64,000 nucleotides of DNA from Amoebophrya sp. A120 (taxonomy: Eukaryota; Protista; Dinoflagellata): positions 7,923,650 through 7,987,649 of the forward strand of contig CAJINV010000002.1 of NCBI GenBank assembly GCA_905178155.1. Reading direction: 5' to 3'. Position numbers and translations under genes: made by a program. This document shows, piece by piece, positions 1-14,000 of this stretch. The notes beneath the pieces are model-generated. The model was not told the origin of the DNA, made no database searches, and saw nothing but the letters and a program-made list of their open reading frames with translations. Within the stretch, counting starts at the first letter, position 1; every line of letters starts with the position of its first letter.

Positions 1-704
1 AATAACCTAAAACCTGTATCCCGACCGGAGAGTTTTTGTCACAACTCTCGTCTCAATTCTCGGATACTCTGTCTGACGATTGATTCAACAACGATTTCAC
101 TACCTGATGTCACAACCTTAAACCTTTTGTCTGTATATCAACCTGTGTCTGATGAAGATCATGATCTTTCCTCGATTACTTTGGAGCAACTTCCAGGAAG
201 CTTGTTCTACTTGTGTGAAGATGCTCCTGGCCCATACAAGCACACCGTTAACGTTCAACCGGAGTTGGCGACTCCAGGAAAACGAGCGGTCCTTGACAAG
301 GCAAGATACTACTGCAGTCCAGACAATGGAACCGCTCTGTGTACAAGCTACCAGCGCTGCTGTGCCTATATCAATGGCCAGCACTGTGCTATTGCTATAT
401 TTTTCTGAGTCTGATTCGATAAAAGTTTCAGATTTACAAAAAGTGTGCAAGCAGGATCGCGAGCACTATAACTGTGAACTCATAAAGTAAGAACCTTCCG
501 TGAGCGTGAGCAGTTCCTTCCATTCTTACCTTTTCCGCCTATGGAGGAGTCAGCTGAGACAATCTCAACTACTACAATGACGACCTTTTATGACGTAGGT
601 CAGGCACCTCATCATTGTGGTCGTGTACTTATGTCTCAAACCATGCTGCTAACCAACGTCGATGCAAAACCGGTCATGCACAATCACGAACTGCAAGCTG
701 CAGG

Positions 705-3700
705 TTAGTTTCGCCTCAACAATATTGCCGCAGAAGATGCAAGATAGATTCTTGCGACTGACTCTACTACGTTGTCATTACAGTTGAGATTGTCCTCGCA
801 GCTGAGCAGGCCATACGTCCGAAGTTTCGCGTTTTTCCTTGCTTGGTAGAATGTGTAGGCCTCGTCGTCGCCCTGAAACCGCTGCGCTTCCAGCATGTCG
901 TACTGCTCTTTGGAGTCCCGCGTTTGCGCCATCTGCATGGAGGCGGCCAGCGGCGAGCGCGAGGTCACGTTCGTGTTCGAAAACTTCTCGTACTTCGCAG
1001 CATACCACTGCTCGAAGGCCTGCACCAACTCCCGCTTGCACACCTGCATCTCCTGCTCCCCGACGACGATGGCCTGGTCCAGTTGTCGCTTCTCCTCGAG
1101 CATTTTTCGGTGCTCGGTGCGCTCCTTCTGCTTCGTCGACAGGAGTGCAAATTCCTCCTCGTCAATCAGATCGGACTGCGCGCCGCCGGCGCCGCTGGCA
1201 GACGCCCCTGTCGTCGTGGAGATGATCAATGCTAGTAAACTCTTTTTAACTGGCTGTCGGTTAATATAATTTTCTCAGAAGTTGTCACTGGCTGGCGCCA
1301 GTTCTAAAATTTCCTGTCATCATGTTGACCGCACTAGTGTGCAGCTCTTCTCATGGAATCGGAAATCTGTCTTGAGCGACATGACAACATCTCCAGCTCC
1401 CGCAACAAGAAAATAAGCAGTAGTTCATTATCATTTACAAATCTCACAGTACTTTGCGTTATTCTCTGGTCCAGCGCTTCCACGGTTTGCTTTTTCTGGT
1501 TCAGTTTCTGGATCAGCAGCTTGCACTCCTGTTTGCGCTGCATCACACTCGATTTCAAATTCTGGAACTGCCTCTCGAAAGCGCCGCCCTCTTTCCTCTT
1601 CCAAGACAAGAAAACTGCTGCCTTGTCCTCGGGTGCACGGGAGGCCTTCGCAGATCCGGGACGCTGTGGCCTCCGCGGCGTCAGCACCTCGCCTTCCTCG
1701 CCTGCAAAATAAAAGTGTTTTTAGTGGGATCATGGATCATGCTCACTTAGTCACTCAGTTAATTACATGGCGCAACTACTCGCTCATTTCGACATGTCCA
1801 AGCTCAGTGACAATTTCCACTGGCACTGCACCAGCTGCCGAATACGATACTTTACGTTTCCTGCCTCAACAGATTGATATTTATCCGGTCTAGTAGATGA
1901 AACACTCGATAGACACTACGCTGCAGACATGACCTCCACGCTGCACACTGAAATAATAGAACGCGATAATATCATCCCGAAGCAACTATACCGTCCCCCG
2001 CCGCATCGGTGGGCTCCTCCATGGGTCTTGATGTGGCTACGCCGATGCCAAAGCCCTGCTGCTGGTCATCATCGATACCGACCTGGTCCTCCGGTGGCGC
2101 CAAGCCCTGCGGCTCGCCCCCATCGTCGATCGTCGCCGTGAAATATGAGAGTGCACAAGAACTCCCCCGCCCCCCTCTCGTTTGTTGTCATGCAAAATAG
2201 TACCCAACTTATCATCCACGTCTTGCCTTTACGAACAACTGTCTGCGGCGCGACAAATTTAGATGCAAACTCAATCAGTACTACAGTCCGTATGCAGATT
2301 TGTCGTGCGGCCGTAACTACATTTCTGCCGTTGCTACTTGCGTTGCTGCTCATGCCCTTGCACGAGAGGAAACTACAATCGTGCGCTCTCATATGCGCTC
2401 TGACGCCGCCTGCGGTTGCAGCGTTGGTCGCTCGCGGAGCTCCTTCTGCAGATCTGATTAATTTTGTGGAAAAATTGTCGACAAACTTGCATGTGTAAAT
2501 TGCAGCCAGCAGCGCACCATGTACAGCCCAAGACTAATTCACAATCGCCCGCTTCCAAATCCAAACGCCCCACGACGGACTGAAGGGGATCATGCAGAAG
2601 ATCACAACAACGTCAGTACTACGAGAGTAGGTACTTTGGATCATTTTCCGGAAGATCGCGAAGGACTCGTGCACGCTTTTGATCGACACTATCTCCAGCT
2701 GCTCCACGTCGCCCTCCGTGTACTGTTTTATCTTCGCCTCAAGCGCCCGGATCTCGTCCGGAGAATAATCGGCGTACTGTACCCTCCCTCTACCAGCCAA
2801 AGTGTCGTGCATCGCCAGTTCCTGCTTCAAATCCTTGATGTCGCGCTCATACCTTACAGTCGACAGTGTGGTGCTTTCATGTAGGTACTGCTACTGCTGC
2901 TGCTGCTACTGCTTTAGCATGATCTTCCTCTACTTCGTCTTTATTTTCATCATCAATTTAGAAATATAAACGCACGAAAGTACGTACTTTTTCAGTAGCA
3001 GCCCCTGGTCCATGTGCACGTTCACGTTGGGCTTGTTCACCACCTTCATCATGCTGGTGGCGAATCTCAGTGTGGTATCAAAGTGAAAAAAGCCCCCTCC
3101 CCATATCGAAAAGGTACGCCGCAGAAAATTTGCAATGCTGATTTGCGACCGCAAATCATCTCTGTCTTGCAAGAAGGCAACTCCACAGGCTCCGCCACAT
3201 CCTGCAGGCGGTTTGTGATGCTGCTGGGCCTACAGCGCAGACGTTTCGCATGCTAAGCGCCCAGGCCGAAACCTCTCTACTCAGGCTTGACATGGCCCTG
3301 CAGTCCTGTCCAGCAAGACAAATCTGATTTGTGTACGCAAATCCAGCATCACAAGCGTCGTTTTGACATGGGGAGGGGGGATTTTTCTTTTTGATATGTG
3401 GACCCGGACTCCTCCATAAATCTCGCTTCGGGGTAGATGTTGGCAATCATGGTAGTCTTGCAGTTGCCACCGAGACTGTCCTATGGATTGCAAAAATGTC
3501 TGCGTCTGGAAACCTGTGATGCAAGAAGGGAATAGCGAGCACACTATGATGCGCTCCCCAGCATGACAAGTTTTTCGGTGCTTCTCCGTTGCGTACTCCG
3601 CATGAGAAGCCGCGTTTTTGCATGACAGAGAAGAGGACCTCTTCGCGGGCACGCAATACAGAGTTTAGAGTCATGCCAGAATAGCATGACAAGTCTCAGA

Positions 3701-5621
3701 ATCTTCCAGACCCAGACATTTTTGCATTTGATATGTCCTTCAAAAAGTGTGTCAGCTTCGACTGTCGGTACGGCACGTGGTCGCGGGCCTTGTCTGCCAA
3801 GGCGCGGACAACCTAAAGATGGGCGTTCGCGTTCAGTTGTTTCCAAAAGTACAACGTGGAAGATATTTCGCAGAAGTGGACCCTCGCGCACACCAGGGCC
3901 CGGCCTGAGGCTGTTGCTCTTTGACTTCGTTTAGAGCTGCAGGTCACTACTTGATGTTGATCAACGTGAAGATCGAAGTAAGAACGGCATGCATTCAATT
4001 CAATAGATACCTGCTCGAGGAACGTTAAACTTTTGTTGATAAATCCGGCCTCCCGCAGGGTGCCGCCTTCACTATTTGTCTTTTTCAGGCGTTCACTACC
4101 CGCCAAATCGACTAAGTGAAATTTCGAGCTGGTAATCTTCTCCGACGACCTGATTATTTTTATATTCAAAACCTCATGATTCTCTTTCATCTTCATTTTG
4201 AATGGATGCAAGGGCTGATATCACGATAGAATACACACCGCATCAGAGCAGCATGGGCAGCATCTTCACTAGTGAAGGAATTATACTCCACTCGGCTCCT
4301 GCTGTCGACGTATATGGTCAAAATGGTGTGCGACCGTGATGAGGCTTCGTTGAGGGCGTGTTCTGCCAACGCTTTCTGCGCGTCCCCTTCGAAAAAGATG
4401 TTTAGCGCCGCCTCCTCACTAGGGGCGGACTTCACCATCAACTGTCGGCAAACCTGATTTGGATTCAGTAGAGAGAACGGAAAATCCACCTTGAAGAATG
4501 CAATGTTTATTCATCCATGACAGTGATACGACTAGTCGTGCTCGTGGCTCTTCTTGGATGTTGTCCCCGAAAATCTGCAATGCCACGGATAGGAAAAGCA
4601 TCAGACACGATGTCGAGATGAATTCATTGCACGGCATCTAATCCGCCGAATCAAATCACGACGTAAGTAAAAAGTACTATTGCCCCCTTTGTGTCTTCCT
4701 GCACGATCATATCGCCCTTTTGGTCCTTCACAGGCGTTCTTGAAAGCAAATCGAACATCAACTCATTGTAGATTTCGATGTACCTGGTAAGTTGTTGTAA
4801 AAAAATGTGATATTATATAGAAGAATACGAATACAGCCTGCTGTTGTCTCACCCGGAGAACATTGACAGCGCAATAGCAACTGCAAGTACGGCAACACGG
4901 ACGCTTTGTTTCGCATGCTTACCCTTCAATTTCTGAAAACCACCTCACAGAAAGGATGCCACTACTTGCACTAAGCAACAGTTGTATTTTCATCGTAAGT
5001 ACGAGAGTCGCACGGAGATGATGTTCTCTGGTCTGGCCTGGATCTCCGCGAACGTCCTACTGATCGCTCTTGGCACCACGCCGCGCTGTGCGAAGCCCTG
5101 CCCTCCGGAGATGGTGAACGTCTTCCCGGCCCCGGTTTGCCCGTAGGCCAGCACGGTACCGTTGTAGCCCTCCATGACCCCCCGCACGATCTCATCGCAC
5201 GCCGCACCGAAAACGGTCTCTTGGGTCGCATTCACGATCAGTTTGTCGACCTGAGAGCAAATAAAAGCGTGTCGGTATCAAAAATGGAGTGTATGTTATC
5301 GTGGTAGGCTCTATCACTTTGTTCTCCACGACGATGAAAGGGAAAACCGTTGCCGTTGGCTTTGTGATAGGTAAGTGCAGAAGCAGAACGACGACGGGGA
5401 CGGAGAATGCAAACAAAAATGGATCTATGTGGTCCATCGAGCAATCAGTGACCTACTTTGAAGTGATAATTTTCCGGCCCGTTGTTGACCGCTCCCTGGC
5501 TTGGGTCTGCGGCGTGAATGATGTCCACGCTGTCTGTGTCCTCGTGGAATTTGTACACGTTGGTGGCAAAGTTTGACGTCGGCCGCACCCGCACGATTAC
5601 CTTCACCCGGCCGCCCGTCAT
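705..5621 (-). CDS. KIF9: Kinesin-9 family motor (KIF9/KLP1-like), multi-exon
   Basis: Exons give MTGGRVKVIVRVRP, GYNGTVLAYGQTGAGKT (P-loop), [70 protein letters not shown] and a coiled-coil tail. Mix of GT-AG introns and two introners. 3' end approximate. Confidence 0.9.
3076..3396. mobile_element. Introner family A (321 bp), TSD TGTGG
   Basis: TIR TATCAAA..CCCCCTCCCCAT / ATGGGGAGGGGG..TTTGATA. TGTGG at 3071-3075 and 3397-3401. Removal gives [11 protein letters not shown]. Confidence 0.95.
3482..3733. mobile_element. Introner family B (252 bp), TSD TGTCC
   Basis: TIR TAT..TGCAAAAATGTCTG.GTCTGGAA / TTCCAGACCCAGACATTTTTGCATTTGATA. Removal gives FLKD|SLGGN. Confidence 0.95.
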
Positions 5622-8015
5622 GATCGATCAATCGAGATCTTACCTACAGATACAGTCGTGTGTGGTGGTGCTCCGTCAAAAAAAATATCACACCCCCTCG
5701 GCGGGCATGCTTCCTGCAGCCCTAAGAACTGCACTTACAGTCCATTGCACGACGCAAATAATTGTCACTCCTGGATGGTGGCAAGGGCTCGACTAGTATA
5801 ACCGTCCAGGAGCGGAGGCTTCACCCAAAACGAGAGTTCCGTACGATGGAAATTTTTTGAACGACACGACACGCCTGACCTTCCGCTCCTAGAAGTGCCG
5901 GCAAAAAGTATATGCCCACGCGATGATTCCCGTCGCGGCAACTCTCTCTCTCTCTCTCTGTCCCCTCGCAGTAACGCTCCACTCACTTGATAGACAGGCG
6001 AACGATCTTTTGCCCTTCCGACCAGCAATTTGCGGCTGGAACTAGGAAGTGCTGCGACACGATGCGTCCACTTCTTTACGAAAAAAAAAAAGGTATGCGA
6101 CGAACAGCGGCCAATATTGTCCTTACGATTGAACAGCTTGGCCCCATCATGTCCGGTTTTTCTCCGACCACTTCTTCTTCTTTGGCTTTGCATCCCTATT
6201 GGATCACGTAATTACCCGACCTGCAGATCACTATCAATGTCAATCACTTGTAGTTTCGCGTCAAACAATTCTGTCGCAAGATGTTATTCGCTATCAAGTT
6301 GAAGTTGCACGACCATGTTGCAGATTTAGTCTGAATAAAAAAACACGTTTTTGAGCGACCGCGACGACGTCGGTAGACGTAAAACAGTACTGCGTTAAAA
6401 AGCAGACTTGTTCCCAGTACTTATTCTAGCACTCATATCATTATCAGCTATCATCTCTGCAAGGACGGTAGGTACGTTGCTTGCGTAATGAAAATACTGC
6501 AATCAAAATTGCTGCGAGTACGTCCAGACCCCCACCATTTGAAAATGAAAATGAAAGCTACTACTACATCAACCCAGTCAGACTAAAACCCTCCTGTGTC
6601 CGCCTTTCCGTGATAGGAGCCTCGCGTGCGCCGCGAGGATATCGATATCCTTGCGGAGAGCGCTGACTGCTCATCTGAAGAACGCCGGTGGAGTGAGACG
6701 TAGTCGTCCTTGGGATATTGCACGCACGATCTGTCGCGGCTGCCTCCGATGTCACCGAGAACCGAAAGCACCCGTTTTGTTTGGCGTGCACCACGACCCT
6801 CTGCGTCTTGCACAGCACCACGGATTTCTTTCGGCCGCGATCCCGATACCTAGCCAAACATCGCGGTCCATTCATTTCTGTTGTCTCGTCATCGTGTGTG
6901 GGCGGCGGTACGTAGTAGGTCATTTCCTCATCCAACCTGTTCGAATGGAGGACCTAGCAGACTCTAGCAGGACCACGGTTCTTACCGCCAGGTGTGGACG
7001 AACCGCTTCGGCTTCACCAAGAAGAGACCAAGACCCCGCTACAGACCAAACCCATGTTCAAGACCCCACTACAGATTGGCACTTCGTCTCATTCGGTAGC
7101 AGCATCGGTTCGTGGACGTACCTGGAGCTCCTGTCCTGCTGTGAGGTAGCTTTCACTTGAAGCTGCTACGACAGTCATGTCCCTTAAATAGCCTATCTTT
7201 CGTCCTTCTCCAGCACCATTCCCCACTTTTTTTCCACTTTCGTCGCCTGGCCCCCATTTTCATTTCTCTGTCTTCCCTACCGTGGCTCCACTAGTGCCGC
7301 GTCTTTACTACAGGCCAAAGCAGTTCATGTTGCCATGGTACCACGCCCGCGTCGCACTTCGATCCCTGCCAAATAAATGCACTGAACTCTCGACCCCAGA
7401 ACTTACCTCTTAGCGGGTCTGCGTGGGACGCGATTATTTCGAGGACGTGGTGGATCCCGATTGCCAAGCAGATAAACTCAGTCCAGAGCCAGAGCCAGAC
7501 ACGTCCGAGTCCGTCTTTTCCTCGCATGATAAACGCTAGCCAGTCGCCGGCGTGGATGTTGATAGACCCAAACGACGAAAAGCAAGAGTACTTATGTTGT
7601 TGCAGTCACCACTTGCTCGAAATTTCCAACTCTTCACGTCGCGTCCCATACCATCATCGACTACCTCCTCGCAAGCGCAGGTGCCGAGCCCGAGGACATG
7701 GTAGCGTTTGTCGGTGTCGGCGTCGCAGACGCGGCTTTGGCTTCCGCCTGCAGAATGATGGTGATCCCGTTGAAAGCCACCTCGCTCACGGTATGCAAAT
7801 GAAAAGAGCGCGACTTCAGTGCTTAGGTCTCCAGACAGTAAGCGATTTGTGAGCAAGCCAGTGACGAGCATGTTGATCTTACAACATCGCGATTTGCGAC
7901 GACGAGAAATGCAGAGCTACAAGGAGACCCAATTTCTGCCCTGTCAGAATGAAGAACGTGCAAGGGCGAGAACCTGGCTGTAGGTGACCGCACCACGGTA
8001 GCGGTAGTCAAACTA

Positions 8016-11000
8016 CTACACTAGGTACTTGATATCAAAAAACCGGTCAGGCAGCGTCGTCAAGAAGCGCTCGCATGGATGTGTCTTCGGATAAAGCGCG
8101 CCGAAACCGTATAGCGTCTTGGTTTGCTGCAACAGCGAATCCCGGGCCTCCTGTCGGGTACGCAGCAGATCCGGGTCCACGGGCTCGGGGCCGTTGTTCT
8201 CTATCGCTCTCTCCGGCTCCGGGGCCTTTTGTGGTTTATAGATTGTGCGGCATCGAATGAAATTGATAAGAAATTCTGCTGTTTTTTGTTTTGTTCCGCC
8301 CCAAACGGCGCGACAAAAAGCAGTGCACAGGCAGCAGTCCAAAGGCAGCAAAGTGCTCTTCGTGAGAACTGGAAGAGCGAGAGCCACGCAGTTATTCCGC
8401 TGCCTGTGCCTTGCCTCTAACGAAGTACAGAAGCGAAAGATCAGGACACTCGTACTGCTTCGAAGAGAACCAAAGGCAGCTCATCATGGTTTTTTCTCTG
8501 GCTCTGCGAGCGAAGCGCGTGCAAAAATTTTACATGGTCGTGCCCAAAGAAACTACAACTCCAGACCTTTATTGGCAAGCTCAGCGAGGCGGAGGGGATG
8601 GAGCTAGTTGAGGAGGAAGTCGTCTGCGAAGTTTTGCTGTCGGTCCGCAGGTTCGGGGCCGCAGCCGCCCTGTCCGCCAGCACCGTCTGTATTCCACGAC
8701 GGTTCTCAGTGCGCTTGTTCGACCGCGAGCGCGACCTCCTCCGCCGGTCTCGACTTCGCGTTCGGCGCGACGCCTCTCGCTCACGACCTTCCCGTCCTGA
8801 CCCGTGATTCCCTCCACGTTCTTCCTTCTCGCCCCGCTTTATTCTTGCTGTCCTCTCATGGTCCTCTTTCTCAACACCTTTGTTGCTGCGACCTCCGTGG
8901 TGGTCAACATCTTCACCTCGTCTACCTTTGTCTTTATGTTCATCTCTGCCACCGCGCCCGCCCGATTTTTCTTTGTCCGCCAGCGCTCGATCGCGCCGCT
9001 CGCGCTCGGCCTTCCTCGCGTCCCGGTCTTGCTTCCGCGCCGCAATTATGGATTGTAAAAATGTCTGGGTCTGGAAACTTGTGATGCTGGGTGGCGTATC
9101 ATGAAGAGGCCACAAGTGCTGGCTCAGCATGACAAGCTTTCGAGCTTGTAGGTGTTGCCTATTCTGCATGACAAACGCTTAGAATGACTAACCCAATGAA
9201 AGCGGTAGCGAGTAACTAATTGCACAAGTAGGCAGCCTAACTGAGAATAGAAGAAATAAGACAGAATGGCAAAAATGGAGGGCATGAAGATAGCGGAGGA
9301 GGAGACGCTACTGCCACGAGAAGAAGAGGAGTCGAGTGGGACAAGAAATGAAGAAAGAAGAGGGTGGCAGGAAAACAGTAACAAAAGAGACAAAAAAGAA
9401 GAAAAAGAAGGAGACGGACTGGGAGGAGATAGAGAAGAAAAAAGCGAAGACGAGAGAGAAATAACAGAAGAGGAGGGAGCAGACGCGCAGGAAGGAGACG
9501 AACTAGATGAGAAAAAAGAAAGAGAAGACGGAAGCGAAGAAATGAGGCGGGAGCGCCACCTTTTCTGGAACATAAATGGAGTAAAGCGGCGAAATGCGCT
9601 ACGCCTGCTAAAAGCAAACACAAAGATAACGCCAAGGCTCACAGGAGCCAGCTGCGCAGAGCTCAAAGTAGCAGCGCTAACAGACGAGCAAGCAGCTTTC
9701 CAACACGTTGAAGAGGAACGGAAGGCGTTGGGGATTCCAGACACGAGACCGGCAATGTACTTTGCGGCGGCGACAAATATGAAAAAAGTGGCCGCGGAAC
9801 TCAATGCGGGGGCAGTGGGGGTGATATACATAGAAGAGCCAAAGAGGCTGCCTGGCAGTATATATAGTGCGGAGATACTTCGGAAAGATATGGGAGGGAC
9901 ATTCCTGCGGAAAGACATAACCAATAAAGAGGACGCTTTGCTATGGATGGTAGCAGCGCAAGACGAAAGAGGAATGCTGGTCGTGGTCTTCTACCGCAGG
10001 CCAGCGAAGGACGCACCCATAAAAGACAGCGAAGAGGCGATGTTTATTCGCAAGCAAATGGCAGAAATGACCGCAAAGCTCGAAAAAATGATAGAAGAAT
10101 GCGGAATGGCAATAATGACGGGAGACCTGAACTGTCAGTACGCAATAGAAGAAAGAGGAAAGATAAAATTTGAAAGAGAAAAAACAGGGGTGCAGAAGAT
10201 ATATTTCGAGGAGGTGATAAAGCCATTAGAAAACATGCTGAACAAGCATGCGGAGACACTGCCAACAGGAGGGCCAACATGCTACCGCAGCCAAGAAAAC
10301 CCAACTGCGATTGACTTCATGGCAATAGCAGGGAAAAAGGGCAGGGTGGTGGCGAAAGTTTGCGAGAGGGTGCAGATACCGCAAGAGGTAAAGCAGGACG
10401 AGGATCAGAATCAGGAACAAGATGAAAATCAGGAGGAGGAGTCGGACCACGTAGCTCTACTTGCAGACGTGGTATGGATACCGCCCCCGAAGTGCATAGG
10501 GGAAGTGCAAAAAGAAAAGCAAGCGAAAGAACAGAAGCGATGGGCCTTCAACGCACGGCACTCACTCATGGCGCCGACGGTGGAAAGCGCAAAAGGGAGA
10601 ATAGAGATAATCAGGGGGAAGAGAAAATTCCAAAAAGCCAACCCGGTGAGACAGGTGGCGAAGTGGCCGCGGAAATCGATAACACTAGAAAGGCTTCAGG
10701 AGACGATGGAAAAAGCAGGGACAATACCAACAGAGCAGAGAACAATGCTGGGAGTACAGAAATGGCTCATGGACAAACTGAACGAGGCGGGAGTCCTCAA
10801 GGTGCAAAAAGTAGAAAAGGGAGGGAAGTTTAAGGCTCAATGGCAGAAGCAAAATAGAGAGAAGCGGAAAGAAGAGAAAAACATAAAGCAAGAAGAAGGA
10901 GAGCAAGGCGAAGAGGAAAAAGAAAAGGCGGAGGCAGCCGAAAAGGAGTGGGCGCAGTCATTTCTGCAAATGCCAAAAAAGGGGCAAAAGACGGAAAAGG

Positions 11001-14000
11001 AAATATACGAAACAGCAAGAAAAGTAAAAGAAGCAATATGTGGAGTAGGAAGGGGAATGCCAATGGGAGAGGCAAAAGAAGTGACAGTAGGCGGAATACT
11101 AGTGAAAGGGGTAGAGGCAGCGACGGAGAGGATCGCTAGCAGCCACCTGCTAAAGTGTGAACTCACGAGGAAGGAGAACGGAAAGAAGCACACCTATGAC
11201 GCAAAGGAGCTAGCGAAAGCACTGGGACAGCTAACGCAAGCATGCAGGGAGGTTAAAAGCTTACGCTTTACCGGCCCACAGTTAAAGGAACACGTAAAAA
11301 GACTCAATCCTGAGGCCGCCGGTATGGACGGCCTCAGGATGGGAATTTATAAAGCACTCACGCCGGAGCAATATGAGATCCTGGCGGAGGTGTTTAATAG
11401 ATTCTTAAAAGAGGTAGAGGAATTTGAAATGAAGCAAAACGCAAAGAAAAACCAGCCGGCGTTGCTGGAAGAGCACCTGAACGCGGTGCAGGTAGAGCTG
11501 TTGAAAAAGCAGACAGCAGCAACGACGGCAATAGAAAAAATTCGGACGGTGATACAGGGGACAGCGATCACGCGAGTGCTGCTCAGTGTGGTAGTCTTCG
11601 AAATGGTGCGCGTAGCCGACAAAAATGATGCGTTTACAAGGTGTGGATCGGCGTCAAAGCCAGGGGCTAGCTGCCAAGCGACAGCGCTACAGGTATTACA
11701 GACATGCCACGAAGGAGGTGGGGTAGAGAAACAGAAGGAAGCACAAGAAAAAAAGGGAGAGGAAAGAAGTAAGCAGGAAACAATTGTGTTCGGGCTAGAT
11801 GCATCCAATTACTTCAACAACATTGGAATACCGAGAGCAGTAGAAGCATACAGAACAGCAAAGCTGCACCCGTGCTTTATAAAGCTGATAATAGTAACAG
11901 CGTGGACAAAAGACCTATGGATAAGAAATGGGGATTGCTACGGCCACGTAGTCAGACATAGAGAGCTCATCCAGGGCGCAGTGGAGACGATGCTCGGGGG
12001 GACTCTGATGTTTCTCCCGGGCGTAGAAATTGTAGCAGAATTTTTGGAAGAAGTTTTTGATGAAGAAGGGAGAACAAATAGAGAAAGACTGCAGAAAGCA
12101 GAGGCTAAGCTGCGCACGAGAGTAGCAAGGCTATACAAGGGAGGGGACATAGACACAAGCTTTCGGGACTACGACCACCGGACGGAGGTGGACGAAATAT
12201 ACCAAAAGGAGGCCGGCCCACCAGTAACGGGATATAGGAGAGGAGAAAAAGTCACAACAGGGCAAGGGAAAGAGAAGAAGGGCGAAAAAGCAAGAAAGAC
12301 GGAATTTCGATACTACATGGGAAAGCTCCCGCATGACAACAACAGAAAATGGACCCTAGCGGTTCAATATGTGGACGACGGGACCATTGTCCTGAAGTTT
12401 TTTGTAGAAGATATAGAAGTGGTAGCGGCAGCATTGAGAGCAACAAGCTGGGCGTACCAAAAAATCTATGAAACAGAAGGACAATTCCTGGCGCCCCTGA
12501 AGTGTGAACTTGCCACGTCGCTGAAAGACCCTGTGAGAATCAGCATTCTGCGGCAGGCTTTCCAGCCTTTTGGAATAATGTTCGAAGAGAAGGACTTCCT
12601 GAAGATCTTAGGAATAAGGATAGTGCCAACGAACAAGGAGGGGCAGCGCAAGGCTCTCAGGAGCCAAGTTCAGCAGAGCATAGGAATAGGGCAGCACCTG
12701 GCTTACCAGCTAATGTCAAGACGGAAAAAGCTAGAGGGGGAGGAGTTGGCGTGGATAATCCAAGTGCTCTTTGTGTCGTCGATGATATACTTTCTACCGG
12801 TGACGCAGCTCTATTTCGATCGGTCGGAGCCGGTGCCGGCCGCGGCCGTGCTAAACCGGGGCTATTTTTTTGCCCGTCCAAGAATTTTCAAAGAAAAATA
12901 ACCCCCGAAAAGCGCCAACTCCCCACCCCCCCTTTTGGCCCGATTCCACGGGCCCCCCTTGCTAATTTGCTTGCTAATTTCGTTGCTATTTCGCTTGCTA
13001 ATTTGCTTGCTAATTTCCTTGCTAATTCGCGTGCTAATTCCTTTGCTAATTCGCGTGCTAATTCCCCTTGCTAATTAGCGTTCTATGCCCCCCTCCCGAA
13101 TTTCCCCAAAAAATCTGCCCCNNNNNNNNNNNNNNNNNNNNNNNNNNNNNNNNNNNNNNNNNNNNNNNNNNNNNNNNNNNNNNNNNNNNNNNNNNNNNNN
13201 NNNNNNNNNNNNNNNNNNNNNNNNNNNNNNNNNNNNNNNNNNNNNNNNNNNNNNNNNNNNNNNNNNNNNNNNNNNNNNNNNNNNNNNNNNNNNNNNNNNN
13301 NNNNNNNNNNNNNNNNNNNNNNNNNNNNNNNNNNNNNNNNNNNNNNNNNNNNNNNNNNNNNNNNNNNNNNNNNNNNNNNNNNNNNNNNNNNNNNNNNNNN
13401 NNNNNNNNNNNNNNNNNNNNNNNNNNNNNNNNNNNNNNNNNNNNNNNNNNNNNNNATTTCGACATGCAGGACTGGGCGACAATGCTAGGAGAAATATCGC
13501 TAACAATAGCAGAAACGATAGGGATGACAGAGGAAACGGTGGAAGAACTGATGAGAAAGACGAACACAAATGCAGAAACCTTCTACCGCGTAGTTTTCGG
13601 GGCGAATATGCTAGGAATTACAGACCCTTTCACGCTGGGGCTGAAAACACTAAGAGCAACAGCCCAAGCAAACTATTTGACAGACCCGGGGGGTTTCATC
13701 CAAATGGCAACAATGCCACTCAAAGTAGTGGGGGAATCGAAGGCAGGAATAGCAAGAGCTGTGGAAAGAAAAATAATGAAGAGAAAAGAAGCTGACATAG
13801 CACTACTGCAAGCACTCAGAGACGGAGCATCGGTGAGGTTGTCTGCGGGGAGCGACCTGCGGGGGGTAGGAATAGTAAGAAAAAATAACAAAGCAAAACC
13901 GCAGATGGTACAAAGCCAGCACGTGTACAGATGCGACAGGAGTCTGCTTGCGGACAAAATAAGACAAGGGGGGAAAGGAAAGAAAGGGCAGAGTGACTAC

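Larger units (their letters stand above)
12820..13455. mobile_element. Unclassified insertion nested in the RT ORF; ATTTCGA duplicated; right part lies in an assembly gap
   Basis: ATTTCGA at 12813-12819 and 13456-13462. Abrupt composition change. Internal 12-bp tandem array. Confidence 0.65.

Noticed and set aside
5942-5959. (CT)9 microsatellite upstream of the kinesin
   Set aside because: Ordinary simple repeat with no supported function.
6481-8011. Separate gene, including a 30-bp-period duplication at about 7029-7077
   Set aside because: No recognisable domain or consistent frame. May be 3' exons of the zinc-finger gene but cannot be supported.
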